DNA of 64,000 nucleotides from Podarcis tiliguerta (lineage: Eukaryota): the NCBI GenBank assembly GCA_965153285.1, contig OZ229111.1. One strand, written 5' to 3'. How positions within the stretch are numbered: the stretch's first letter is position 1; each line of letters begins with the position of its first letter. This document shows, piece after piece, positions 13,000-26,300 of the stretch. The notes beneath the pieces were generated by a model that saw only the letters and a list, made by a program, of their open reading frames with translations, had not been told where the DNA came from and did no database searches. Made by a program: the position numbers and the translations under genes.

Positions 13000-14450
13000 A
13001 GGCGCCCCTCCTCTTGGCTAGTTTTTTCTTGTATCCCGTGTAGGTTCCAGTGGTGGGTTAGTTCCTTCTTCCTTCTTCCTCTTTTGAAAACTGTGAAGAA
13101 GACCTTCTATTACCTCTCTTTTGTCTTAGCTGTGTCTGACAGGAAAACTCTCCCCCCCCCCCAGTGGTGTAATTCACCCAATACAATTCTTGGCTGGCTT
13201 TTAACACCGCCTCCCCACAAAGAGCTGTAGCACAGTAAGTCCCTTTCAAGGCATGGCACAGCTGTGGGAACAAGGTCTCTTCAACAAATGGCCATGGCTT
13301 TTTGCCTCATCTTCCAGTGAATTGTACTCTGTTCGATGAATATTCACAAAGGCAGCATGCAAGGATGGATTCTTGTATAAGCTTTTTGGAAAAGAACCCT
13401 GACCACTGAAAGGAACTTCTGCGTTGCTTCCATAAATTGAACAGAATAAGGCATTCAGAGATACCACCAGTGGTGTCTTTAATCTTGTCTCAGAATGACA
13501 TGGTACATTAAAGAAGGGTTGACGCACCCAGTGAGTAAATGTATGTCTAAAGAAAATAGTATTGCAAGAAAACCCAGGGCTTGTAGGAGCCAACAAAGGT
13601 TTTCCTAGAAGCCTCGATTACAGGTCTGGTGCCAGGGGTTGCCATTGTGGAGCACTTCCTGAGGCCAGTATCCCAAGTGTGGGAACAGCAAGGAAAACTT
13701 GCCTTGCCTACCTTTTTGGGTTCAGTGTTGCAGATTGGATCCAAAGAGGGTAATTGAACAGAAAGTGAAACAGTGACAGGTAGGATGTGCATGAGAGGGG
13801 CATTGAGAAGCTCGCGTGACTCAAATAATTTGAGTTAAGCAATATAGCCAAAACGTATACAGTGGTACCTCGGGTTACAGACGCTTCAGGTTACAGACTC
13901 CGCTAACCCAGAAATAGTACCTCGGGTTAAGAACTTTGCTTCAGGATGAGAACAGAAATTGTTCCCTGGTGGCCCAGTGGCAGTAGGAGGCCCCATTAGC
14001 TAAAGTGATGCTTCAGGTTAAGAACAGTTTCTGGTTAAGAATGGACCTCCGGAATGAATTAAGTTCTTAACCCGAGGTACCACTGTATTCATAAGGCTAT
14101 ACCGAAGGGATTCCATGCACACTGCCCAGGCTTGCACCACAGAGAGGTCAATTTGGTGCTCCTAACATGGCAAAAACAACATGGGAGGCAGCAGTTACAA
14201 GTTATGCATCTCAGCAGTCAGAGCAGGCACTGTGATTCTCCAGTGGGTTGACTTCACCCCCGGAAGCGCACTCCACTGTCTCTCAAGACGGATGCCAGCA
14301 ACAGTAGCCAAGTATATGTGTAACACGAGTCTGTCTCCCTCTCTTTGATACGAATCCCTCAGAAGATGCAAGGAAGGCATCCTTAGCACCAAAATATGCT
14401 ACCTAGGTTATATTCACCTGAGATATTGGATGGGAACCTGGATGTACCTT
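13000..14450 (-). mobile_element. Possible highly decayed DIRS-like relic
   Basis: Weak cross-frame motifs only (DAFL; KA..VFLAVP..YWPQ; NG..WH). Confidence 0.25.
13860..14085. mobile_element. Tc1/mariner (Tigger-like) MITE, family A copy 2, inverted relative to copy 1
   Basis: Perfect 18-bp TIR CAGTGGTACCTCGGGTTA / TAACCCGAGGTACCACTG with TA TSD. Confidence 0.9.
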
Positions 14451-17400
14451 TGAGTCATATCTCCTGTTGTGAGCTATTCATCATTTCCTGTTTAGTCATT
14501 GTGAGCTCAAACTAACACTGAATTGAGAATTCCTCTCCACCTTTGCATGCTGTGAAAATGGGAAAGCACTTTAAAGCATTTTGTGTGGGTGAGAGAAATG
14601 CTTAAGAATTTCAGAATATCTCACTGGGAGGCAAGGGGTGCTGGCTGTTCCACCCTTTTCTGTTTTTAAACTTCATTATACTGCTTCCATAAACAGTGGC
14701 CATGTGTACCACCATGTTCTTCCACATTATGCTGTGCCATAGCAACATTCAAGTGCTATACATTCCATAAATATCTGTGTGAAACTGTGGGAAGGAGGGA
14801 GGGAAGGAATGGCCACTGACCATTACAAGGAACAATGGAGCAATTAATTTTAAAACTAGAAGGAGGAGAAGAAGAAAACAGGCGCTACCACCACACGCTT
14901 TCCTTATAAGCCCTCAATAATTTTAAGAGTTTATTTCTGTCACACTAAGAAAATAGGCTGTTTCTGCTTTCCATTTTGTTCCACTGCCCCTCAGAAAAAA
15001 AGTGTGTGTGTGTTTCAGCTCAGATTTAGCTCATATCCCATTAGTGTACATTTGAAGTTACTTTTTTGTTTTTTTGCTCTGGCATGCATCAGTTCAAAGA
15101 GATCCTTTTGGAGCTCTTTGCAGTGCACTTGAGTTTTCACCAACCTGAATAATTTGTGGAGTTTGTTGCCTCCATCTCAGAGGACCATATAGAAGAGAGC
15201 ACAGGAATGATTTGAGAGCATCACAAAAAGGTTCTGTAAGGTCAGTGTTTCATTCAGATCCCAACACTGCTAGCCTGGTGTTTGTTTGTGAACTTTAGAT
15301 GGCATCCCAGCAGCCCAGTCAATGTCTAATAGCTCAAGTTATATTTTGCTTGCTCTTAACTATATCTGTGTAACACATCTCTGCCAATGTACTCAAAGTA
15401 CATATTCTGAAATTATCAAAGCAAGCCCAATAGGGAGATATTTTTCTTCTGCATCCACCAGGAAGTGCTTCTGCTTCTGTTTATCTGATCCTTTTGGTAA
15501 ATACTTATGTTTTCAAGGCTTCCCCCTCAAAACCTTAATGTCTTTAAGCCTCCCTTGATTCAAATGAAAGCCGAGGGCACGTATGATGCTCCTGTGGCTG
15601 TGGGAATTATGGTAGGACGCAAAGCTTTTCCGGCACTAATCACTTGTGAATGAATATTGTGGATTGACCAAGAAATCCAGATACTGCATTGAGTCCAGAT
15701 TTTCTGTAAGCTTTTAGAAAGGGAAGGAAAAGGGGGAAATCATATAATATAGTATAATGAGCTTGAAAGGGACCACACATCATTACCATTGTCTGAATTA
15801 TCAGAAACAAAATGACTTCACTATAAAGAGCAATTCCCGTTTTCCTCGGGAAGTAAAATGTATAATAAGTTCAGAGCAGCTCACAATAAAATGTGCCAAG
15901 GAAAATCTGCAAACCGCCATTGGCATATTTCGTTCCCTTTTCATTTCAGGCTGTGATGTGGACATTGAAATCCTTATGTAGAGCTGCTGATCTTGATGTA
16001 CTTCACTGATTCCTTGTCATCTGCAGCCCCCTGATCCACCACTATAATGTTTCACCTAAAGAAAATAAATGAAAGGGAGCATCAATCAGGAATTTAATTG
16101 CATGAAACAGTTGCATAAATTGGCATTTGTCATCTCAGAAGAGAACACATTTATCAGCCTTTTCGCAACATCAGAAGTAAGCAGTGCTTTGTATGTAAAG
16201 CACAGTTTGTCCTCAAATGTTTTGACATTCATTTTGATTTTCTGATCAAATGGTCTTTTGATTTTAAAGAAAAAAAGTATCATCAGGGATTTCTTCCATT
16301 CTGCTCCATGCTATATCATCATAAAAGGATGCCTTTAAACTTTCATTCTTAAACAAATTTTCTTTTTCTGAGAGATTTGCTTTGCATGACTGTGAGTTAA
16401 GCTGCAAGAACCTTTTGCTAAAGGAAAAACTGTAGTAGATCTTCACCTCCAACTAGCATTGATAAAGTTTTAGGGTTGATGTGAGTTGCTGTCCAACAAT
16501 GTGTAGAGAGCACCACTTTCTTTACCTCTCAGCTCCAAGTGGAAAAAAATAGGGCCAGCTGGTGCACTCTGGGTTTCTACCATGGCCCTTTTTACATGAT
16601 TTTAATAAAGAATGTGGTTTCTGTATAAAGATATCAATCTGAGCCACAGCTGCTTTGAGAATCATTGAATTACTAATTGATTGTGTGTGTGTGTGTGTGT
16701 GCGCGCGCTAGAGAACCCAGCAGTGCTGCTATTTGTCAAGATATGTGGAGCATCTAAAAAACAGAAAATACATATAAGAATCTTTATGCAGCTGCCCTTG
16801 AGAATGAGCTTCTGATATAAAAGCACTGATGCATCTCTCTTTTTCTTGGTCAATCTCATTAAGTCTTGTTCCTAAGTATTTCAGCACAGTGGGAGTATAA
16901 GAGGAATCCCTAAAATGACATTGAACTCACCTTAACTGGCATAAACTTTACATCTTTTATATTGGTGTTGCAGCCTGCTTTCTGGGCTCGGTGCAAGATG
17001 TTCATTTTGCTCTAGCCGTCTTGAGTCAAACATACCTTAGAGACCATTTCCTTTCGTATGATCTACTCTGACCAATAATATTTTTGGGGTATCTTTTAAG
17101 TACTGTATTATCATCTATATATTGTGTTGACTCTCAGGAGAAAAGGGATAGGGTGATTGTTCACAATTATGGGACTTCTTAGTTGTGGCTCACTCATGCA
17201 CAGGCCATTATTTCAATTGACCTTTAAAAGTTCTATCTCATATATGTGCTTTACCTGTTTCTAAGCAAGTCCCCTTTGAAATAGGGCAGGGTGCAAATGT
17301 TTATGGATAACTTGGATAATCTGCCAATAAAATATAATCCATTTAGGTTAACAATAAACACAGTTGAGGCAATGGAGGTGGTGTTGATTACATAACATGA

Positions 17401-18183
17401 GAGAGAGAGAGATTGGCACCTAGTACACAATAGTGCTCAGTGCCTACCTATTGACCTGGTTGACCTACATAAATTACAGATAACAGGAGCTGTAGTGATA
17501 TGATAAGTTTTCATTGGAAAAGATTTGTACTTGGACACACCCACCCATTCAAGGAACTTGCCTGAAAGTTTTACCATCAAAGAACTGGAACTGTCTTCAT
17601 CCTCCTCTTACCTGCATAGTTCACTTGACTTAGCACAACCATCCTAGCAGCAATATGCTACTCAGACAACGGCAGGATTGAACCAATGTCATGCATAAGA
17701 ACTGAGCTGCCCCTGTATGCCGCAAGAGAAATGGGGAAGGAGAAAGTGGTTCAGGGCAGAGGCTACTTTAGACTGTTCAAAACTTTTACGTGAAATACTT
17801 TATTTTAATTTTCTGGCTACTTCCTACAAATGGAATGTTGGAAGTTTAATTTGTATTACGAAAATTCAGAAGACCTGATTCTCCCTCCTTTACCAGAATT
17901 ATTTTATTTTAGTAGAAATCACCTTAAAATATATATAGTAGGAACAGGCAACTAGTGCCCAAAGGGCAAAATGTAGCCCCTCAGCATATTCCTGGTCCTA
18001 AAGATTAATATAATGAAAGCTCTTTTCCCAGACAAAACACAGGAAAAAGCTTCTTTTCTCCCTGTTCCTCAGTTTTGAATAGCAAAAGATTCTCTGTTAG
18101 AGTTCGCCCTTTTCTATACACGTCAGGTCTGGCTCCCAGGTGTGAGTAACCAAAGTGGCAAGGAGGGATTACTCTGCTTAAAC

Positions 18184-18371
18184 CAGGCATCTCCAAAGTC
18201 CATTTCAGGGGCCTAATCTGGCCTGCTGGTCAGTTTAATCCAGACCCTGTGGCAGTTTATTCCCTCAATCCTAAAAAAAGGTCAACAACTTTGGTCGGCT
18301 CTTTGGTCGGCCCTCACGGCCCTTCACTTCATCAAATCTGGCCCTCTTTGAAAAAAGTTTGGACACCACTG
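18184..18371. mobile_element. hAT-type MITE
   Basis: CAGGCATCTCCAAA...TTTGGACACCACTG ends; TSD GCTTAAAC / GCTTAAGC. Confidence 0.75.
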
Positions 18372-20344
18372 GCTTAAGCCCTCTAACAGCATTCTCTTAT
18401 AATGTCAACTCAAATTTAGGTGTCATTGAGCTCATTACTTGTGCAGGTAAGTGGGTGTAGAATAGCAGCCTAATATTGTTTGCACCATCTCCCCCAGTGT
18501 GCAAGAGACCTTTGCCTGTCTCACAGCTCGCATTCAAATGTCAATGGAGGGGCCAATCTTCCTCCCCTTCCACAGTTCAAATTATGACCCCAGTTGTTGT
18601 TTTTTAATAAAAGTTCATCATCAATGTTTTAGTGGTAGAGAGTTTGTTTCTACTGAAATGTTGGCACACTTCCATTAGTTGTTGTATCTGCTTTGTGGTT
18701 CTTATTTTTAAAAATGAATGACAGTCCATATAGTTAGCTTAACTTCCAAATCCTTTAAAATTCAATGTTGTGACATTTGCTGTTGAGTAAAGATGAAGAG
18801 TGATATCTAAAGCTTTAATAAATGTTGTCGTTATTAAAACATTTTCTTCTGTAGAGGTCTTTCTTCTTGCAAAAGCTTTTTATTATGACAGAATATAAGG
18901 AACATATCAGTGGAGCACTCAGGCGGCAGAAATGCAAGAGGCTCTGCCCACACCACAGGGAGAAGTTCCAGTGTACGTCATTGATTATCCCCGGGGCAAT
19001 TCCTGTTTCGCCTCAGGTGGCAAAACTGGATAGGCCTCCCCTGAAATGTAACAATGACACTTGCTTTACAAATTGGTAGATGGCCTTGGAGATTCTTTCT
19101 CTTTCCTCACCCTCTCCGCTCCCTAGACATTTTCCTCCCCCATTCCCTTGGCATTGTTTTACCATGGTTTAAAATTACAAATGCACCATGCCCAGCCAGA
19201 GTCAATGCTTCCCTTGTTAATGGTCATTTGAAACTATGATTTGACATGTGATTTGTGGGGAAACTGATTAGTTTTTACCATTATTAGTGTCAGGATATGA
19301 AACACAAAACATCATAGTTAATGTCAAGGGAGAGAGGATAACATCCGTGAAGCAGTATCTCAATTTGAAAATCATGGTTTGTAGAACATCAGCATTATGC
19401 GATTTCTTAGGCATTTTGCTTTGGCCATGTAAAACATTGTAAAAGATGCCTTGATCAATTCCTCCTCAAAGCAAGGGGCCACATTTATTCTTGCTATTCA
19501 AAAAATACTTAGTTTTTGTTTTAAATAGCATGTGTCCCAAACGCTGAGCAAAACAGTCATGAATCCTCCTCATAGATGTTTTTACATCTTGTTACATATA
19601 TTAAGTAGCAGGTAGTTCCCACAAGTACTAATTGCTTGAATTGCTGAATATTTTTCATTGTGAGATAGGGCACTATTATTCCCTCTTTGTGGATGGGCAA
19701 ATGAGACTTAGAGTGAGTGCTTTGCTATTAGCCCTTATTGAAGTAGCTTCATGATCCAGGCATCCACTCATGATTGGCACGTCTATTTGCTCCCATTGTG
19801 ACAGTCATGCAAGTGGTTTGTTTTGGCAGCAGCCATTGCAGAAATAACATATAAACCTGACCAGTTAGTGCATGTCAGAGATGGGACTTGCATTCAGAAC
19901 TGGTCCTAGTATTCATTTAGTCAATGACACTGGCCTTTGTGTATGATGTGTTACACACACACACACACACACCTCTGTACATATAACTGTGTGGTGAAGG
20001 CCTTTTGTTCCACTGAAGATTGAAAATCAGCAGTGTTCCTACATTAATTCAGTTTCTAAATTGCACTCTGCTTTAATATCATTTGTAGGACAAAATGTAA
20101 ACAAGTTATATAATTCTTAGTTCAAATGATTAGCTGAGTTTAATATACAAATTGCCTCATAATAATGAGATTGACTTGATTTAAAAAAAACATTTTTTGA
20201 AGCTTTTTTGATGATGGGAAATAAAAAACAAAGTAAATGTAGGTGGATAATGTATCATAATGACAGCTAAGCTTAGATTTGGACTGTGGTCTTGACACAT
20301 ACATTGCAGGGATTATGACTAAGACAACTTCATCAGCATGTATT

Positions 20345-20573
20345 GCAGAGTCAATGTGGTGTCGTGGTTATAGTGTTGGACTAGGACCTGGAAGACCAGG
20401 GTTCAAATCCACCAGGGCCATGAAGCTCACTGGGCGACCTTGGGCCAGTCACTGTCTCTTTGCCTAACCTACCTCACAGGAGTGTTGTGAGGATTAAATG
20501 AAGAGTGGTAGACCCACGTACACCACCTTGAGCTCCACTGAGGAAAAAGGTGGGAAATCAATAATTAAATAAA
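20345..20573 (+). mobile_element. tRNA-derived CORE-type SINE (Squam3/MIR-like)
   Basis: A-box TGGTGTCGTGG, B-box GGTTCAAATCC, core GACCTTGGGCCAGTCAC, A/T-rich tail. Confidence 0.8.
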
Positions 20574-20919
20574 TTTTGTACCAGCAAGGCTGAAGATGCA
20601 TTGCTTATGCATTAGCTACCAGTTTTCCAATGACTATACCAACTTCTCTAAGGCAAATGCTATCCAAAAAATATGATAATTTCAAATGTCTCCCTGCCCT
20701 GGTACAGGAAAGGTATCTCAGAATACAGCCTTCAAAATATACAAGTGGCTTGAAGTCATGGTCCTATTTTAAAAATTATTTTGGAAAACTTATTCATTTG
20801 TAGATGTAGCCTACCCTGTACCCTGTTGAAAACTGCAGAATGTATAACAGCAGTAATACATGAAACATAATTACATGTTTAGAGAGATAATATAATAAAT
20901 TAATGGAAAGCTGGATTTA

Positions 20920-21155
20920 GTGTAGCCTTTCCCACTCTAGTGCCCTCCAGGTGTTTTGGGCCAGGCATGTCCAACTCCCAAGAGACTGCAATCTGCTCCC
21001 ACTATAAAAAAACTGGCAGTGATCCACCCATTGGATTGACCAAAGTTGTTGAGCTTTTAGGCTATGTATCATCTGTGACTGTTGACCATGCTGGCCAGGA
21101 CTGATGGGAGTTAGCATCTGGAGAGCACCAAGTTGTAGGCTGTAGCAACCTTTCC
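20920..21155. mobile_element. Degenerate palindromic hAT-type MITE
   Basis: CCCTCCAGGTGTTTTGG..CAACTCCC at one end and GATGGGAGTT..CATCTGGAG at the other, as in 49256-49393. Confidence 0.5.
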
Positions 21156-22870
21156 ATCAATTGCTGGCTTTTCAATAGCAACAGTGATTAACTATGGCGT
21201 AATGATTCTCCCTTCCTCCCCCTCCTCAAAAGGTGATGTTGCCTTATTGTGGTGCCAACAATGATAAATTGGCCATTTGGCTTTGACACACTCTCGGCTG
21301 CTAAATGTGTTACAGCCCACACAGAATATGCATGTGTGCGTTTTTATTTTCATACTTTCTGGGAAGAATTATGGCAAAGATTTATATAAAGGGATATCCC
21401 AATTTTCCTTCAAACAAATTGACTGAGCAGGCCCTTAATGGACAAGAATAAGTGCTTGATCAGATGCTTCCCCCCATTCTTTGGGGTTTTGAATCAACCC
21501 ATGAATACCTGTTTGCTGTCCACCAGCCTTCCTCTGGGTCTACAAATAATACAGAATAACTCGGATTCTTTCTGCTGTTTCATCACCTTCTCTGAATGTT
21601 TTAAAATAGACCTTCAAACTTACTTTGTTTCTTCTGTTTCTAGATGTTTAGGATTAGGCAACAGCCCATAAACAGTTCCATAGAGGAGAGGAAGGAGGGA
21701 TTTGAGCATCCTCCCCAGACAAGTAGTCCCTGCTCCCCATTGCTCTGATTGAAGGTTTCCTGTGATTACCTGAAGGGAAAACACTTTTCACATGCTCAGA
21801 AATGCACTTTGCCCCTGCTGTGACCTTCCCAATAGTTGCTTTCAGGTACTTCGACTGCAACTCCCTCAGTACATCTGTGGTCTAAAAAATCTAGGTCTTG
21901 ACATTGCCTTTCTTACATGAGAAGACAACTTCCTGCATCCCTTTGCCAGGCAGGGACAGATGTAATCACAAGTAACCAGTGGGTATATTGAGCTGCTCTT
22001 CCCACTCTTCCATGGTCCTATATCACCCTGTATTTTGTCTGAGCACTCTATTCAGTACAAGATTATCCTCAGATGAGATCCTGCAGTTGTGTTCTGTTTT
22101 CTAGGTAAATATGTTCCTTCGTCTCCTGTTCATAACTTGGTTTAAAATTAAGTTTACTTGACACATGATGCAGTTAATTACTTGATTGCTTATTCTCATG
22201 ATGTGACACAGACAATAGGGTCTGATTATGATCCAAATGAAATCATTGTAAGGGGAGTGTGAATCACCTCAGCTTAAAGTCTTTCTCTGTGATTGCTCAC
22301 TCTATTCTGCCGTTGGATTTTGAGAGTGGTTCTGATCTTCTGGCTGGCTGTGCATGGCTCCCTAGGAGCTTGCATGTTTACAGCAATGAAACATTTCCTA
22401 GACCTCTTATCCAAGTTGAAGGTTTCTGTACCCAAAGTTTCAATCCATAGCTCAGATTGCCCTGATGCAGAGCCTGTTGGCAGTGGCATTGCTGAAGTGT
22501 ACTCTGTTCGCACTGCATCTTAGAACAATTTGCAGCACAAAGCGTAGTGCATGATGCACTGCAGCTTTTAATGGAAAGAAGGTCTGCATTATTTCAGCTG
22601 GCACAATAATTTATAACAAGTGATTAGAAGGTTCCTAGAGGTAATTATAATTAAACCACTGTGCCCTTTGTGAGTGTTCTTGCCTGCAGGTATTCATGTC
22701 CCCTTTGTGGCCTGAAGAGAACAGGACATTGTTTCATTAGAAATACATCTAGAAATCTTTATAATTGCATTTTAAAGGAGAGAGAGGTACAGTGCATATC
22801 TAATCATGTTGTTGCTTGAAGAACAAGTATATTTTAATAGTGTTGATACTTTTAATAAAATTCTTTCCCT

Positions 22871-22973
22871 GGATGGTATTGAACTAAGTTTCACTTAGAA
22901 TAGACCCATTGAAATTAATGGACCTAACTTATCATGTCCATTAATTCTAATGGGTCTCTGCTGAATACCATCC
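22871..22973. mobile_element. Short palindromic MITE-like element
   Basis: Terminal IR GGATGGTATT/AATACCATCC plus inner IR GACCCATTGAAATTAATGGAC/GTCCATTAATTCTAATGGGTC. Confidence 0.7.
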
Positions 22974-22980
22974 TTTAAAC

Positions 22981-23050
22981 CAGAGTTTCCCAAACTTGGG
23001 TCTCCAGCTGTTTTTGGACTACAATCCCCATCATCCCTGACCACTGGTCC
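22981..23050. mobile_element. Half of a palindromic hAT MITE
   Basis: CAGAGTTTCCCAAACTTGGG...GGACTACAATCCCCATCATCCCTGACCACTGG, preceded by CTTTAAAC. Confidence 0.7.
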
Positions 23051-23257
23051 TCCTTATTTGAATTTTAGATTTGATGTGTATTTTTTATATTCCAAATGCC
23101 CAATTTGATTTATATTTTTTCATTCATTATGTTACTAATGATTCTTATGAAATAATGCATTTCTAAAAGTGGGGAAAAAATCCATGGGAAATTATAGTAC
23201 TGGAGAAATTTTCACTCTACATCATGACTTTTTGTTTTGAAAGTTATCCAATATATA

Positions 23258-23402
23258 CCGTATTTTTCTGTCCCCTATTTTGGGGGACTCCAAATTAAGA
23301 AAATATCCCTCAGCACTACCTGTGTATAAGATGAGCCCCAATTTTAAACCTAATTTTTTGGTAAAAAACAACAACCCTAGTCTTATATACGGAAAAATAC
23401 GG
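23258..23402. mobile_element. Tc1/mariner-type MITE
   Basis: TIR CCGTATTTTTC/GAAAAATACGG with TA TSD. Confidence 0.8.
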
Positions 23403-23809
23403 TATGTATGTGTTCAAGTAAGTTGGAATGACCTATGGCTATTTCAGTTACTTAAGTGTGTGGAATGGAGTATTTCCCATTTCAGCATTTATTGTCGGGT
23501 CTTGAGTCTGCACTGGGTCTTGAACTCACATCTTGAGGAATGTTGGAGAAGGACTTACCTCCTGTGCCTGTATAAGATCTTCTAGTCAGGCTGGAATTTT
23601 CCTGTTCACAATTTTCCTGTTCATCTCCTCCTCCTTTTTTGCCACCATCCAATCTTGATTGCATAAGAGCTGGGTCTGACATATATTCTCCTCTACTCCC
23701 CTTGCCAGTAGCTCGTCTTATTGTTTGGAAGTTTTCCAATGACAGCTTCAACTTTGTTGCTAGTAAACGCATTGTAAGAAAAAAACATTTAAATGCTTTT
23801 ATAACACTA

Positions 23810-24032
23810 GGCAGCAGTGTGAGCTATGAGCTGGAAATGCATGGTTCAGATCTCGGCTTGGTCATGAACTTACTTGGTGATCTTAACCAATCTACTATCC
23901 CTTGTTCTCAACCACATACCTCAAATCTGTGGCATGGGGATAATTACTGTACTGCTTTATTTGGTTCTTGTAAAGATTACTGAGATAATGTACTCGAAAC
24001 ACTTTGAACGCCTAAAGAATGCTATATAAATA
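23810..24032 (+). mobile_element. Old MIR/CORE-like SINE
   Basis: GGTTCAGATCTC B-box, GGTGATCTTAACCAA core, GTAAAGATTACTGAGATAATGTA..AAACACTTTGAAC tail. Confidence 0.55.
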
Positions 24033-24604
24033 TTGAATGTTTTGTTTTATGTTCTAATTTTCATCCATAACCCTGACGAGCTTCTTTTTGTATGCGATAT
24101 TGATACTTCTCCATTGTTTCATTGTTTCAATGGAGAAAACGTTGCATCTATTTGTTCCCATAGCAGTGTGAGTCTTGATAGAAGTTCTGCAGCGGACTTT
24201 CTTTTGTTTTCAAGCTTTTGGTCTCACATGTAATGTCCCTTGCTATGCAACACAATGTAGCTTGTACAACCCTCTGCAGTGTTTTTACTTGTTTTGGGAG
24301 GACTGAGCTCAGTCTATGTGACATTTGTGATCTCTGCAGCTTTACAATGACAGAAGGAAACCACTTATGGTAAATTCCTTTCTAGTACTTGAAAACTAAT
24401 CTAGAAGCTGATTGAAATGCCTGTTTAAAAAATGGAGCGATTTTAGGATGAATCACCCAGAGGTTGTTATTGTCTAAACTTTGTTTTGCACATTGCTCCA
24501 GGTCCAAGGGGAGCTTGTTTTCAGTTGTTGGCTTGGCCGGTCATTTTCTTAAAAGTTAGGAAACAACTGTTACTTCTGGGCCCAATTACTGCTCCCCAAA
24601 TTGA

Positions 24605-26300
24605 TGGTTGCTTCCCCCAAATCTCCTGATGACCTTTTCCACTAACTTCATGTAGATGTTAAAAAGCATGGGGAGCAGAATGGAACCCTGCAGGACCCCA
24701 CAGTTCAAGTGCCATTATGATGAGCTGTAATTCTCCAATGCTTCCTTCTGGAATTGGTCCTGCAGGTAAGAGTGGAAGCACTGGTTCATTATACACCTAG
24801 ATGCTGTGGTTGATTGTTTCAAAAGCTATCAAGGGAACAAGGAGAAATAATTTAAAGCAATAGACACCATTTCCTCATGCAAATATATGTTCAAATCCAC
24901 GTTGGACTCACCCAGTCATATCAGCCAAGATGGGCAATGATTGAGGGAACTCATGGTTGGCTGAACACCTTGTCCACATCCTCAGGCCACAAGAGCCTCA
25001 TAAAATCTGACCAGGCAGTGCTCAAGATACCACACTTCAGAGTCAGCCAAGACATCATATTCAACATGAATGAGCAATTTTACTCTTGAAGTGTCTCACA
25101 CATTTATTACAGCAGGAGCCTGATATTCCAAACCACACTCCATGGACTTTATTACAGGGGCCCAACCGGCCTCAGGTAGAAGTCAGGCATTTAATGTTGC
25201 CAGTTCCATGTTGTGGACAGCTTTTCTGGCAGAGATTTGGCAGGCACCCTTCCTTTCGGCATTCAGGCATCTCTTGAAGACTTGGTTTTATGCTCACAGG
25301 CTGATCTAATTGCTTTACAATTTTCTTGAGTGACCAGTCATTTTAATGATGGCTCTGCACTGCTTTTAATGTTGCTTTTAAAAATATGTAATATTGCTGT
25401 GCACCGCCCTGAAATTCTGGGAGAGGTCAGTATATAACTGCTTGAATAAATAAATAAATAAATCACATATCTCAATAGGTCTTTTCTGCTTGGAGCAATT
25501 CTGCTGGAAGGATATTTGAGGTTGCAGTGGAGGTGAAAAAGTAAGCTTTCTTTGCCACACTTGCCACCATATAGTAGACATGATCATGCAGTCTTGCTTA
25601 GCTTTGCAAATGTGCTAGCAATTTTATTGCTCCACCACTATTCAGCTATTCTTGTTGCAAGCATTATACCACTTGTACTCCAGCCCTTGTCTGGCCTGTT
25701 TCACTGTCCAGCTCTCAATTACAGACCATCGGTCATTCACCTTGTAGCAAAGACTAGATTTAAAGCATGATCCACATTATGCACTGGGAGCAGGAGTGCA
25801 TTGAGCCTGCACTGTAGTTGTCATGGTGGCCAGAAATGTCTAAGCCAACCCACCCGAAGGGGCCTCTGTGTGGTATAGAAGCCACTCAGAACAATCTGCT
25901 GGGTATTCTCCAACACCACTTAGATCACACTTACAAGCTAGGATAGAGAGATTGTTGGCCAGCCATGTGTGTGACCAGTGACATCCCTATTCTGTCTCTC
26001 TGATTCCGTATCAAGTACTTTCAAATTTATTCCCTTATGGACAATGATTACTCCTGCCCCTCAAGCCTGGAATGGTACTGCACTGAATTTTGGGGCAGAT
26101 GCAGTTGTGACAGACATGTTCCCCTATGCATCTCCTTCACCCAGGCTTCAGTGGTTCATGCTAAAGTGGGTTCCTTCACCTGCAATTAAATGAATGAGAG
26201 CTGTCTTGTTATGGAATAATACTCCAACCTTCTGTATCAATGCCTCCCTCTGCCCACAGTCATTGTTATAGAAGCGCTCCTGTGGCCCTCCTTGTTGTAT
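24605..26300 (-). mobile_element. Long decayed L2 ORF2 (endonuclease to RT), split by an opposite-strand insertion
   Basis: Colinear minus-strand motifs: HNKTALIH..EAW, RDRIG, KQARQGLEYKW, AKKAYFS, PEDVDKV..CPSWLI, AFETINH, SYLQD..CGVLQGSILLPMLFNIYMK. Confidence 0.75.
24995..25463 (+). mobile_element. L2-like 3' fragment with (TAAA)n tail, nested in the older L2
   Basis: GGCATTTAATGTTGCCAGTTCCATGTTGTGGACAGC (AFxV..LW-like), CACCGCCCTGA, and a TAAA tail. Confidence 0.5.

Noticed and set aside
13040-13270. Faint resemblance to a hepadnavirus core protein (LWGE-like motif then a basic tail)
   Set aside because: It needs a frameshift, matches only a few residues, and no polymerase motifs were seen nearby.
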